From positions 87,420,001 through 87,484,000 of the forward strand of contig OZ320316.1 in the NCBI GenBank assembly GCA_976226885.1: a stretch of DNA of 64,000 bases, written 5' to 3'. Positions within the stretch are counted from its first letter, which is position 1. The number at the start of each line of letters is the position of its first letter. Made by a program: the position numbers and the translations under genes. Shown one piece after another: positions 47,384-60,640 of this stretch. Source of the DNA: Iphione sp. A-MEVVRFRX5. Its lineage: Eukaryota. Below the pieces are notes generated by a model. The model was not told the DNA's origin, searched no databases, and saw nothing but the letters and a program-made list of their open reading frames with translations.

Positions 47384-47576
47384 CAGGCTCGTAGCCAAGG
47401 GGGTATCAGGGGTATCGTCCGCTACCCCCCCCCCCCCCCACAGAATTAAGGAGTCCCACTTTTCTAATGCATAAGTATATACACAGGCCAGTAGCCAAGG
47501 GGGTATGGGTTCTGGCCCTGCTGTATTGAGGGTATCGTCCGATACCCCCCCACAAAACTTCCTGGCTACGGGCCTG
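47384..47576. mobile_element. MITE with CAGGC(T/C)CGTAGCCA TIRs, 5-bp TSD CATTG and an internally duplicated left end
   Basis: CAGGCTCGTAGCCA ... TGGCTACGGGCCTG. CATTG at 47379-83 and 47577-81. A second left-end copy starts at 47484. Confidence 0.75.
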
Positions 47577-48901
47577 CATTGTGCAGTACTATTATGTGAC
47601 TACGTTACATGGTGATTTATCCTCCCTACTAGGGGGCGAACCATCCAACGACGACAGAAGTATGTCTGCGTCTTGCATTTCTTCTTTTCGAAAAATATGG
47701 AGACAATAGAGCAAGGGTGACGAATGTAAGACGATCATTAAGAGCGTAGACAAAAATCTAATCAATTACGTACGGAGGAGGAAGGATTTGCGGTTTTGTC
47801 AAACATCTTCTAAACCCCACATGTGACTCAAAGAACAGCGTCGGGATTACTTTGCTCGGTTTCGTGTCAATGTACTCTAGTAGGGAGCATCTACAGTGCA
47901 ACAAAGCACCATCATCCAAATGCTTTCTACGTGCAAAAACATCGTGTCGGTGACAAAGTGCATGTGCAACGTCCCAGAAATGCAGCACTTTTCCTTCTTT
48001 GTTGAAGTAGTAGAACACGTACAAATATATTGTCCGTACACAACGTATGCGGGGCGTTATAAAAAACGTGTCATAACACGACGTATCCACGTTTTATATG
48101 CCGGCCTAGTTAGTCCGTCGGTAGGCCTGGTAAATGCCTTAGTTTGTGCGTTGTGAAATAAAAGTGAATCATTGTTTGTCTGTCTCCCTTCAGTTTTTTT
48201 TATTAAAGGCGGTATCAAAAGTGGCATATACGAATCTTATGCTATCTGCGGACATGACCTTCTGATATCTGTGCTTCAGGATATGGTATCATCTGATCGT
48301 TGTATTTCTGAAATGTTATCGTCCAATTGGTGTATTTCCGCGTGCACCATGAGCTGATCGCTATTTGTATAAATATAATATTATTAAATAACCATGGAAA
48401 GTGAGATGTTCTGAGCAATGAGACAAAAGGAGCTGCAGTCTAAAAGAAAAGAATGAAATATTTGTCCTATATTTTGTTAAATAACACTTGCTACTGGACT
48501 TGAAGGAACTTCCATGTGGTGGTGGGGGGCACTTCCGACTAGTGCACATGTACTTATGTCTGTATAGCAACCGAATTCTCATACCAAGTTTCACTGCAAG
48601 GAATTTTTACCTCGATTTAACAGGCCGTGTGAGTGGTAACTGCTGCAGCGGTATAGTTAACTGGTGAGGGGCCCATGCAGAATGACGGGCCGGCTTATTT
48701 GAAGGCATTTAAGAGTCATACACTGTAAGAATACATCACCGTAGCATCCATAACATGTCTGTTGCCCCCAGTAGGCAAGGGTGTGCTGGTGATAACGTTG
48801 TGATGGAAAGGGAGCGTAACCCTTGCCGTTACTTGAGACATACCCCGAACCATGGTCAGTTGCCTTCAATATTGGCTATGTCGTGAGTGAATGTTTAGAG
48901 C

Positions 48902-51430
48902 TTAACCCTCTGACGGCGGCGGGGTAGTACTGCACGTACCCACCACGCGGCGGTACCCTAGTAAAGACGTAATCCGATAGAGGGCGAGACATATTCAGCG
49001 TCATAGCGTAATGTACGGCCTCGTGGTGAATCGTGGTGGGCTTTTTGTCTGTTCTAGGGATATTATGGAACTGACAATTATTAATCTAAATGGAATTATT
49101 ATTCTAAGGGATATTACGAATTTATTGGCGACTTTTTATGGGAGTTGCCTTCTTTTTTGAATCATATCGAACTATTGAACACTGGATGGCTATGCTGACA
49201 CGGGATTACGTAAGGCCAGCGCAGTGGATATTCAGAAAGAACATATGGAATTAAATTAATATATGGCCAAGAAATAACAGGAAAAATGTGAGTAATATTC
49301 AATTTCAGTTTATTTCATGTTTATGAGCATTTAGCTAGCATTCATTGGTACATTTCACTCCTCGACGATGTCCACGTAGTTCACACGAGTGTGGTAGGCG
49401 GTGAAGCAGCTAGGGAGGCAGAGATGCACTCCACATTCAGTACACCCATACTTAGTCTGGCTAAGTGATCTAGTGGGATCATATTTCCTTCTAGCATAAC
49501 AAACCCTACAATATGATCTCCTCCCCAAGTCTGAGGGCATGCAACGATTTGTTAGTCTACTTGCTTCCAGTGGTTGTTTTTTGACAGGCCTAGGGACATG
49601 TTTTTCTCCTAATGCTATAGATACAAGGGTCTCTGCGCAGCAACGAATGAAATATTTCAGAGATTTCCTTTTGGGCTGCTGGGAGTTGAACATAATACAT
49701 GCATTGACTTTCATGACTTCAAACATATTCCATACAAATTTCAAAGTCCATTTATTCGTCCTCCTACTAAAAAGATAATATTGTCTAAGCTGATCGCTTA
49801 GGTCGACGCCTCCCATAAATTTGGAATAATCGATAATGCTCTGCGGGCAGGGAATTTCAGTTCTTTCGAAGCGGCCTGTCACCTTATTCTTCAACAATCT
49901 GAATACACTTGACATAACGGATTTGTGCATGGTTGATATCAAACGTACAGGTTTCCTGTCCTGCCAAACCGTAAGAATTATGTCCCTGCATTCTCTCAGC
50001 ACATACGATCCTCTATCTTTTCCAAGAGTTTTCGGTTTTTTACATGCTATATCAGAAGGCAAACCCCTAGCATTGCGGCGTATTGTCCCACAGCAGTAGA
50101 CCTTTTTCAATAGAGTATTTCGGAAAAGCTTGAGAGACGTTTAATAATTGTCAAAAAATAAGTAATACCCCTGCCCATACATATCAGCGGCAGCGAGCAG
50201 CTTGTCGACGACAAAGTCTCTCAGCGAAAGGTTGGCCCGGTCCTCACGTCCATGGTATGGGAATAGTTGTAGGATGTACCCTGTTGAGAAGAAAATGTGA
50301 TTTTTTGAGTATGGATAGCATATGACCATATGGCATGCAAAATTAAAAGCTAATTCCAGCAATGGTATCATATCCTGAAATGAATACATAATAATGTAAA
50401 AAAAAATATATTACCTGTTGCCGACTCCGCAAGGGCCCAGCACTTGATACCCCATTTGCATGGCTTTTGGGGCATATATTGCTTCAGGAACACTTTTCCT
50501 TTGAAGGCGAACATGGATTCATCAATAGAAATATTCCTCAGTGGCCTGTAGACAGAAGCTGTTATCTTGTTGAAGGTGTCCACTACATAGTCTACCTTCC
50601 AAGTCGGGGAATAATCCTTGTCGCCGCAGTCGGGGGTGTGCGTGCTGTCATAGAAGCATAGGTAGCTGGAAAGTAAAATACCAGACAAATGGTTAGATAT
50701 ATCACTTTTTGGTAGGGAATTCATTATGGAAAAAGAAATAGAATTTTAAAATAGATTATTTAGATTATTTAGAGGTATAAGAAATTAATATACATGGCGA
50801 CACAAAAAACAATATACATACCGTAATATCTGGCAAAAACGATCTCGAACCATCACTTTGGGAAAGAATGGAGTGGCCAGGGACTCTGCAGTCATCCAAT
50901 AATCCTTCAGTTCAGGTTTGTCTAATAGGCCCATCAGGAAGACTAGTCCGAAAAATCCTTGTATTTCATTGAGGGTCACTTTCCACCATTTCATTTTATG
51001 TTCCTCGGGGTTGGCTGCACGATTCTTCTCCGCATAGGCGTTGGTGTAGTCCATGACGGTTGTGAGGAATGTTAGTGGTAAAAATAAACGTAAATAATCA
51101 AAGGGTTTGCTCGACTTGTTTAACCCTGTATCTTCCTGAACTCCTGGAGTTTTTCCACTAAAATCGTGAATTTCGGGGCTTATATTTTCTTTCAACGCCT
51201 TCCACCCATCATCATCCCGTAACGCACTCAATGGCTCGTTGTCGCTGTCCGAGCTGCTCCCTTCATCATCTGAATCGTCCGTTGACGCCTCACCTTCTCC
51301 GATGCCTTGGTCTAGCAGTTTCTGTAAAGGTCCAATTACTTGGCTGCTAGATACGAGAGGGAGCCCTGGGATTTCAAAAGGCCCTCTCTGGGACCTTTTG
51401 CGGAATTGGTCGATCACTACACTCAGAAAA
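48902..51430 (-). mobile_element. piggyBac-family transposon; right end TTAA-CCCTC... present, left end not found
   Basis: TTAA at 48902-05 followed by CCC, with the transposase exons upstream on the minus strand. Confidence 0.8.
49355..51420 (-). pseudogene. Spliced piggyBac transposase with one in-frame nonsense codon
   Basis: Exons ~51420-50822, 50665-50415 and 50280-49355 join in phase through GT-AG introns (DRFCQILR|YLCFYD; SATG|YILQ). Catalytic motifs SIDESM, FDNY*TS (TAA at 50141-43) and GGVDLSDQ. C-terminal Cys-rich domain CRVC...CTECGVHLC...CF..YH. Confidence 0.88.
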
Positions 51431-53825
51431 AAGTAACAATGACATATCTCGGTTAAAATAGTGCGTTTGATATTACAAGACCACCTGTCACACTTTAGCA
51501 CATGGATTATTGCTAGACGCGCTATAGTCGAGTTGGATGAGCAAGTATAATATGTTGACTGGCGATATTTGGCGTAAATGTCGACCAAGCCTTCAAGTAT
51601 TGTAGCGCCGGGACAAGACCGCTAAGCTTCTGGGCCTTCGTAGGATGAGAGGTGAAACTGAACGCCAGGCACCTGAGGGGGACAAGGTGGGGCAGAGGAT
51701 CTGCAGTACTATTGGTGAGGCCAAGAGCTGCGAAATCCCTCCCTCGAAGCAGGCACAAAGATACACACATACGCACAGCGTGATGATAATATGGTACATT
51801 TTTTCGTGTACTGGTAGGTTTTAAGCTATTTCCATCGTAGCCTAATTCAGTCCATCGATCTTGTGTTCTGGCTTCATCTCTTCCCTCAACGTTTCTTTAA
51901 ATATGCAATATATTTAATTCGTACCAGCTGCACTAAGGACTAGGAATTGCAAACGGAAATTGAACAGAATTAGATTTAGCTACTTTATGTTGCGTGTGCG
52001 CCTCGCATTGCCACTCTAGGACACACAGTCTAGTTGTCACAGTGTCTGTCCGCCATCAAGGTATCCCCATCATGTTAGGCAGGGCCTCCTTTCACGACCT
52101 ACACATAACGGCCTGGTTTGGGCTGAAATACTTTAACGCCGAGTTTGTAACCCCTATTCCCTGCGATGAATCGTCCTCTCCAAGCCGGGTTGGATACTCC
52201 ATAGCACTTACTTTCCTATGATACACAACGGCGACTTTACAAATGACTTATTTCACATGACAGTCAGTCAATGCCGCGAGCACACATGAAGTGCGACGTT
52301 GCTTAAATCCAGTCTCCCAAGCGACCGTCTTGTGTCGGAGTATTTACCTGTGGAATAGCCGTCAATGTGGGACCAAGCTACAAGCTACCTAGAGGTTTCA
52401 ACGTCCTCTCAGGTCACTACTCCAGCCTGTGGGATCTTCCTTGCCAGTCAACCGAACATATCGTGCAGATTGGGTGAGCTATAGGTGTTCAGTTAGGCTG
52501 ATATTTCCCGCTCTGAGCAGTACTGGCCTACAAACCCTGCACAGCATAAAGGTCCCCTTATCGTCATCCGTCCAGCCTCTGCCCTGCCCGCTGGCCGGAC
52601 CTATCATCGACTGTGTCCGATCGCAACGCCTGAGGGCCTCCTCTATTCGAATAGCTTTCTTTGTTACATCGTTTTTCTATCGTCGCACCACAACAGTAAT
52701 CAGGATGGAATGACAAATGCGACTGACAGTAACAGCGCTACTATATAGCAACAGGTCCTGTAAAAGAACCTCAGGTTGTACATAGTGTAATAAACGGAGT
52801 GTTATGCCGGGGTCCAGCATAAGGTGCTCCAGCAGGGTTGATCTTGTATTCCGTGATCCGGTACTCCAGTAAGTGTTGGTGCTCCGGCACTGACAGTGTT
52901 CAGCTTCCAGAAAGAGTTTCCCAGAATGACCTTTCACAACATTTTTGGGGGGATTGCAAAATACCATGTCTGTTATGAAAGCCATTAAGGATCAGATATG
53001 CATAAGCAGAATTTTGCATTGAATAAAAAGACATACCTTTATGTTGTGTAATTAGAGAGAACCAGATATTTTTGCATGGACATTGTTTATTCATACATAG
53101 ACTTCCATTGACACACTGTCTACCAGGCTAATCTTACAATAGTAGCCCTGCTTGATGGAGTAGCTATGAAAAAAATCCTCTAGACTGACATGTACTTTGT
53201 ATTCCTCAATTTAGCATGCTTGACACGAAGGGCTCTGTCACCGAAACTAAGTCTATTGTGATGTAGAATATAAGGTGATTTAATGGAAATAACATCATTA
53301 TCAGCCGTGTGTTTTTCATCAATTTAGAAACGTAACATTCACGTATGCATTTGTGCAATGTTTCGAGTCTTTGTTACATATGCCTTTGTGTTATTCATAA
53401 ACATGTATAATTAAAGATTACCTGCATGTCTGAATGCGTGGCTTTAAGAGAGATGATAGTATCACAGATAGGAGGCCCTGATAGGTTAAGGGGGACTTTT
53501 TTTCAAGGATAAGCAGGTTTTATCAGAAACGTTTTACATTACTACATCTCATGATATTCAAGATAAAACATACCTTTTACAGACAACCCTTTACTACTTT
53601 GAGTTCCACAATGTTTGGAACATATGAGATACCAGTAGCTTCGTTATTAACATTCTGATATTATTCAAGACTTCATAGCTTGCAGCATTTTAGACGAAAT
53701 TCTTGCCGCATTAGAGGTTCGCCATGATGAAATCTAGCTGTATATTAGAATTCTTGCGCCTACGTTAATGTGGGCCTGAGTGTCATTGCAGTCTACTTAC
53801 CCGAGATGCTTCTATTTGGATGTAG

Positions 53826-54017
53826 GTAAGGGTGTCGGCAGCGTGCTTGGCGGTCAGGTGTTCGAGAAGTTCGGGGCTGTGCCCACCTTCCACGGCTGTG
53901 CGGCCGGTTCGGGTGCGCTGCTCGTGCTCTATGTTACTGTTCAACTGGGACTCGCCTGTCGCGACCACTACAGAGCCAAACGTAAGCAAGAGATGGAGAG
54001 GAGACAGGCCGCCAAAG
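53826..54017 (+). CDS. MFSD6-like transporter, penultimate coding exon
   Basis: AG ends at 53825. Phase 1 matches the donor at 21346, giving GF-G-KGVGSVLGGQVFEKFG and the last TM segments. Donor G|GTAATA at 54017/18. Confidence 0.85.
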
Positions 54018-54727
54018 GTAATATTCTTGCAACCCAAATACTGGATCGTGATAAACAAACAATTGATTCTCTTTTGCATCAGTACATGTGAACTCATGTT
54101 GCAAAGTCAATGTGGTATTTACAGTGGTGACAAAAAAAACTACATTAACGACTGTTAAGTTTAATCTCCATGTCCCCATATAGTATGTAGCATATGTTTA
54201 TTGTTGTATAGAGCCATGAAAAGTTGATGCCATGTTAACTATAAATGGAAATGGAAGTAATATTGGCCTTGTATCACTCCGGCATTTCAACATAGCTCCC
54301 ATTCCAAATACACTTACGTGACCTTGAAAACACGGCGGAATAGGACACATTCCATTAAAAAACATGCTACATGGAGACAAAAACACACTACATGTATGCG
54401 TGGATATCCCCTGTTTAAATTCTATATGCCCTAAAACCACTGTAAAATGGTGGCACCCTACATGGAGACATAGGGACATGGATATTAAGCTTTTCCTAGG
54501 AAAGGTACAAAAACATTGCACCATAGTATGTGTAACCATTCTTCACAATTGACCGAGGTGCTGCGCTGTATCGTACTCTTTGATATGATGCTTAGTTCTA
54601 CTTCGCATTACTTAGCGAAAACTCCGATCGGTCAGTGCAACGCTGAAGTTGTACAACTCCTAGTATCATGGATGCTTGAAATGGCAATGATGACAGTACA
54701 TTATTGACATGCTCGTTGGTCAGTGAG

Positions 54728-54730
<3 letters not shown>

Positions 54731-54766
<36 letters not shown>
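54731..54766. repeat. (TA)n microsatellite
   Basis: Directly visible run. Confidence 0.95.
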
Positions 54767-54767
<1 letters not shown>

Positions 54768-54837
54768 CAGTGTTACAATGATGATAAGGGCAAACGCAGT
54801 ACCCTTTTCGTTTTTATCATTTTCTATGGTCTTGCAG

Positions 54838-55019
54838 CCAAGGAGGACGAAGAGGTGAAGATGCTCAACACGCCCATCGGCTGGGGTCCCACGGACCTCT
54901 CTCCACTAGAGGGCGCCACCACCATTCCGCGCTACCCGAACGGTATGGTTCGCGACGAACACTCGTGCACGCCGCTGGTACCAGAGCGACCCCTGGAGGT
55001 TCCCGAGAGCAACGTATGA
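54838..55019 (+). CDS. MFSD6-like transporter, last coding exon (cytoplasmic tail)
   Basis: Polypyrimidine tract + TTGCAG ending at 54837, phase 1. Reads AKEDEEVKMLNTPIGWGP...PESNV to TGA at 55017-19, with GC-rich codon usage. Confidence 0.8.
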
Positions 55020-56357
55020 CAAAGAAGACATCCCGTCGCGTGGCGGGATGGCCGGCTTGTGCCTATCGCCTGTGATCTGCCCATGCACCGGCCCTATTCG
55101 GTGCAGTCCATCCATCCGTCTGAAAGCTCAGTATAGTGAGGGATCTGGAGCTCTTGCTACGTGGCGGACCGTTCGGAAGGGTCTCACGTGAGAACGTCAA
55201 CCATGCCTTTGTAGCTCTAGACGTGGGAATTAGCAGGACGAGAACGAGCGATTTTCTCGGGGTAGAAAAATTTAACGCGACGTAAATAGCAGCATATAGG
55301 TCCGGGATATAGGTAGTAGGTAGTTGATAACATTGGGGAAAACGGAAGGCCAGTAACTGAGTGACAAGTTACGTAGTTTAGTATGCTAACATGTCAAATA
55401 AAATGAAGTACGGCATTTCGTTATTACTCTTAAGTACCTAGCACGTAGTCTGTGAACAAGGCAATACAGGTAAACCTAGGACACGAGAAGCCATATGAAC
55501 AAATGAACATGTACGTAAGAGTTGCAACGCAGTGACGATAAACATGTGGCAAGGACATTTATGTATGGGATTTAGTACGAACTTTCCATAAAGGACACAT
55601 ACATGTGCATATACGGTGTTTTTTTCATGTTCACTTTCGAATAAGAGGAATACATATAGAGCGTTTTTTTTCTGTTTCACATGAGCTGCAATAATGTGCA
55701 CATTCCGATCCTTTTAAGGTAAGAACCGTTAGGCGTTCGATAACCAGACTATCTCGCTGATATCATATATCCCTCCGTGCTGAAAAATTGTAATTATTTT
55801 AAATTGTGCAATACGTCGAGATCGGTCACCTGAGAATGGCTGTTATATATATGGCAGTGTTGACATTTCTGTAGCATATATACAAGTCGTTTAATTGGCG
55901 AGTGTCTCAATTATCGGCAGCACAACTGTTTCATACATTTGTATTTATTTTATTGAATTCCTTTGCCTGAAAATGGACTTGTCAACTCATAGGCTCCAGA
56001 CATACATATTTGAAAGTGTTAACACTGTCTCCTCGCTTTAGCCATACCTCATGAATATAAATTCATATCTCCAGGTACACTGTGCATGGTTCAAACAGCT
56101 GCACAAGTAACAACACCCCATATTGATGGCAGCTCTCCATAGAAAGATGAGAATACCCTCATTATAACGCCTAGTTTTAAGCGATTGTTGTACTTGCTGT
56201 GGAGTTGAAATTGTTAACCATGTGCACTTTATTAACCATTTAAAGTACTTACTCCTAATAAGATGAACCTATCAGAAATGGTAAACGTTGTAGTCATGAT
56301 CATAACAGTAAGTAATCGTAAGAAAGTAAGCATCATAAAGAAAATGTATTCGCTTCA

Positions 56358-56940
56358 AGGCCTGGTTTCCTTACCTGCATTGGTATCTGTGCAAGGCTTC
56401 TGGGAACAATCTGTCCTTTAAGCAGCCCCCCGAATACCACTGCACAAGGTGTGTCTTTTGATATGTACATGTATTTCGAACAGAGCATTTGTGCGCGTAA
56501 ATCGTTAGGAATACTATAAAAAGGACAAATTCGAGGGTTAAAGCCATGAAGAATGGCAAAAATGACCAGAAAATGGTGAAAAGGGATGAATATGATACCT
56601 AAAGTCATGAAAAATTGAAAAAAATGACAAAAAATTATGTAAAAGGACAAATTTAATGCTAAAAGCCACAAAAATGAAGCAAAAGTCTGGAAAAGGACGG
56701 ATATATGTGGAAATGTGCAGAAATGGCAGCTAAAATTGAGTAAATATGAGGAAATGTCCTTGTATTGAACTTATTGGACAGGTCTGATAATGAACAAATA
56801 CAGACCAATACAGACCAACATAGACGCATGGCAAAATACACCTCACACTGTATTCAACATGCTCATAAAAATGGACGGGAACAGATAGAAAGCGGATGTG
56901 AACGCACACGGACACCGACGCAGGTAAGGAAACGGGCTTA
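56358..56940. mobile_element. Probable non-autonomous DNA element with ~35-bp imperfect TIRs and an A-rich degenerate interior
   Basis: GGCCTGGTTTCCTTACCTGCATTGGTATCTGTG versus the reverse complement of the right end, GCCCGTTTCCTTACCTGCGTCGGTGTCCGTG. TSD not resolved. Confidence 0.55.
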
Positions 56941-59900
56941 GGCATTGAGTTGTGTGAAATAGATTTGGCAGCAGACAATGCACATCAGAGCCATCGTCCG
57001 TATTTGCAGTGTACATGTGATACATTAGTGATGTAGCTCCTGCATTGGTTACTAGATTTCTGGCTACTAAAATAGTCATGGAACCTAGGCCTATCTCTTC
57101 ATGTACTTTTCTTGAACACGAAAGGTTAGTGTGCCAGAACATTTCGTCCATATCATACGTTATCGACTTTAAGAAAACCTTTACAGTAGATGGCTCCTAC
57201 TGACTGGGAAGTAATACAGAGAACTAATGTAGTTAGCAGAGTAAGCAATGAGTGTGTTTTCCGTGCAACATTTTCCTGAACATTCCATTTTGCCAGCAAA
57301 TTCTGCATGGCTAATACATGTACAAAAAGTTGTGTTTCTCTCGGATTCTTCATATCTCCTTAACCTCAGCTAAGGTATGGCTTTAACCTCTTTAGTTTAA
57401 CCCCAGACATGCAACTTGCGTAATTCACATGTTTTTGTAAATATAATTGTTGGCACAAGTACTGTGGTAACAACCTATTACAAGCAAACCTTACAGCAAG
57501 CAGATTGCTTCGTCGGCAGTTTTTCTCGTGACATTTAGCTTACCACAACGTTAAGAGGATGCGGTGGACAAGTGCATTTATATTGAGTCCACCCTGCTAG
57601 TTTTTGTAATGTAGTTATGGCTCAACAAGAAAAAGTGAACCTGGTACACAATAACATGTTCCATATTAGTTTCGGTGTTTTGATTCTTTCGTATTTTCAG
57701 TAAGATTGCTAACCTGTTCCACGCAGCAGTGCTCTAGTACATATAAATGTACAGAACTACGGTTTTTGACATCTCCAGTGCCTATGGTTGTATTGTCAGC
57801 TGAATAGTTAATAAAATGAATAATTGGAAATAGGATCTGTGTCGCTGCTGTCCGCAAAAATATTGTTTGTTACACAACATACAGTCTGTCTGTTTTACAG
57901 ATTCGATTCGATATTTAACTGATATAGAAAGGAATAACACTCACTCGATTTCTAAATTTCTATATACCAAGTAGCCTAATTTACCATTCACTTGGTGACT
58001 TGAATATTGATGTCGAAAGGTATCTCCCAAACACCATCGTTTTCGAAGTTATTCATCTCAAATTTATGTTGATCTTTCCATCCAACTGAAAAGTTTATAG
58101 TAGATTCACCTGTTGGCAAAACCAAACTCGGCGGCTGTTAGAATTGACATAACAGTGGCATTCAGCAAACACCAGGTGGCAGCACAGCTACAGTGTTGCA
58201 TTGTTCAAGGATTTTGCACAGTCATAATGTAAGTATCCTTGACCAGAACGTTTTGCAAGGAAAACGTAGTAATTATCCCATAAAAGTACATACATTTATT
58301 GTTTTTTGTTTTAAATCCAATCTACAGTCCAAATAGGAGTGAATCATTAGTTATTCTTTGCCACAAACAAAAAAAGTCCAAAAACATTGTGACAAAGGAC
58401 AATCAATAAAAAAATGTAATATATCACTATAGCGCTGAAATAATCACAGTTTTGATTTATCTAATTGTGTTTTCAAATAATAGCGAATTACAGGCAATAA
58501 CGTACCGAGTATCATTTTATGCTGAAAAGAGTGTCATTTAATATTGATCATTGAAATGAACCCTGTAACAATTCAGACATGTAGTTAGTCAAATAAATTT
58601 TTACTGCCTGGGTTGAGCATTTTGACATGAGTGGTTGAAAGAATTAAAATATACATATTATCACAAGAGAGAACAGTATGGACATTTTAAAATAATGTCA
58701 GTAAATTCACAATATGGGGATATGTCTTTAACTCGATATGAGCAAACTAGCCACCTATTGCAATGAGCCGATCACCAGCAGTGGAGTAACGGGTTCTGCC
58801 AACGTCATGTTGACTAATTGTGACATCATATTGAGAATCTACCAATTAGGGGCTTAAAATTGCGACATTTTCGTGACAAGTACAAAATTACAGCTGCACT
58901 ACACATTTCTTCCAGTGCTGGCAATCTGTCCATTGGCGAGAAGGAGAGAGAGAAGGGCCTCTCCCGCCAGTGTTACAGACCTGGAACATGACGTTAATGA
59001 AACACCCCTGCAATTTTTGAAAATAATTTCTAAAATATTACTACAGTTTTGAGTAGGTCGGGGGTAATTTCTACCTATCCATAAGCCACGCTACATGCTG
59101 ACGTTATGTCACACATATATATGTACATTTACTTTAAGCACATCCTCAAATCTGGAAAATCTCCAATTGTTGCCAAGCTAAACAATTTTCTAGAGTATAT
59201 TATTCTAAACATTATTATATTGTGAAGTACAAGGAAACACAACTACAAACCACGAAGTGTTTTGTGAAAATTATTTCACTCTTACTACAAACTTTCTGCT
59301 CATTAGAATCATACTAGGAATATGAGAAATGAAATGTTTGGTAAGATTTGTTTAACTTCAATCCTGCGTGTACAACTTTGAAGCTTCGTCCACAATCATT
59401 AAAGGAACAAAGGGAAGGGGGCCATATAAATTACCCCCAGGTTGGCAGCAATTTGGGGTCCCATTGGAAGGACCAGACACTATGTCTGCTTTTCGCCAGC
59501 ACACAGGAAGCAGCCATTGGATGTAGAATGCCATTATTGCATTTCAGGAGCTTTATTTGTGGTGTTTTGTGCACAGGTACTGACATCGTGTGATCACTGA
59601 GGAGCTGGTCAGAATAATAGTGAATAACTAAGTACTAGCCCATTTTGTTTAATGCATTAATCTAGTTTGTCAGCCCGCAGATTGGTTCTGTAGTATATTA
59701 CAGTATCCGTAACATTGGATTGGATTTATCTCTACCACATCCGAAATGGATGGTGTTAATATGTGTTGTTAATGTCCTTCTAACGTAATCGAATACCTCA
59801 ATTATGTGGGTAGTTCCATATTAACTTAGTACAAATACTCCTTTCAGACCAATCGGAAACGATACCAAATTGCCCCGGCCAGTATATGTCAAAGTGATGT

Positions 59901-60399
59901 CACAATAAAATATACGGTGTATTTATGACAGTAGGCACCTGCCAGCTAGGCATACAGAGGCCACTGAGCTCTGCAACATGTTGGGTCAACACTGGCACTT
60001 TGCAGTGACTATTGGTACGGGGGCGACTGGCCAAGGCAATTCCCCATGTCATCGCATGCTGCTCAAAGTAGGCGGCCAGGGTTTCTGTACCACTGATCAG
60101 CATTTGTATTCTTCAGTCGAGAAGCCTTCCGCACCTCTTGAAAACAATACTTTTACATGAATAATGTAAATATAGGAATTTTTAGACAGCATGTAAACAT
60201 ACATGTATTTATCTTTATTCTTCATGTTGACGTGAGGCTAAGATGCTGTCGAGGAGTATCAACAGGCGAATTTTCATATGTGCGTTTGTATGCGTTCCCT
60301 TGCATGTGTGGTCCATGTTCGTCACTATGTGTTTTTGTTTTCCAGCAGCCTCACACAGCTCTCATGCACGGGGGTGTTCCTGATCTGTGGTATAAACCC

Positions 60400-60640
60400 A
60401 CTGATTCATGGTGTAAACCCACAGATTGGCAGTATAAACCCATCAAATTTCATTGGAAAAAGTATAAAAACTGGCAGATTTTGTTGGAATAGCAATACAA
60501 AACTCGTGAATTTCACTGAAAACCGTATAAAAACTGGCAAGTTTGATGGGAATAGTGACAAAAACTGGCAAATTTGGCTGAAAAAGTAAAGAAAAAATGG
60601 CAAATTTGATGGGGAAAACTGGTGAAAACCGGCAAAACAA
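60400..60640. repeat. Degenerate minisatellite (TAAAAACTGGCAAATTTG-type units)
   Basis: Recurrent AAAACTGGCA(A/G)ATTT motif at roughly 30-bp spacing, preceded by TAAACCCA repeats. Confidence 0.6.

Noticed and set aside
56533-56541. GAGGGTTAA as the missing piggyBac left end
   Set aside because: Only 5 bp beyond TTAA match. It lies inside another element and would enclose two host exons.
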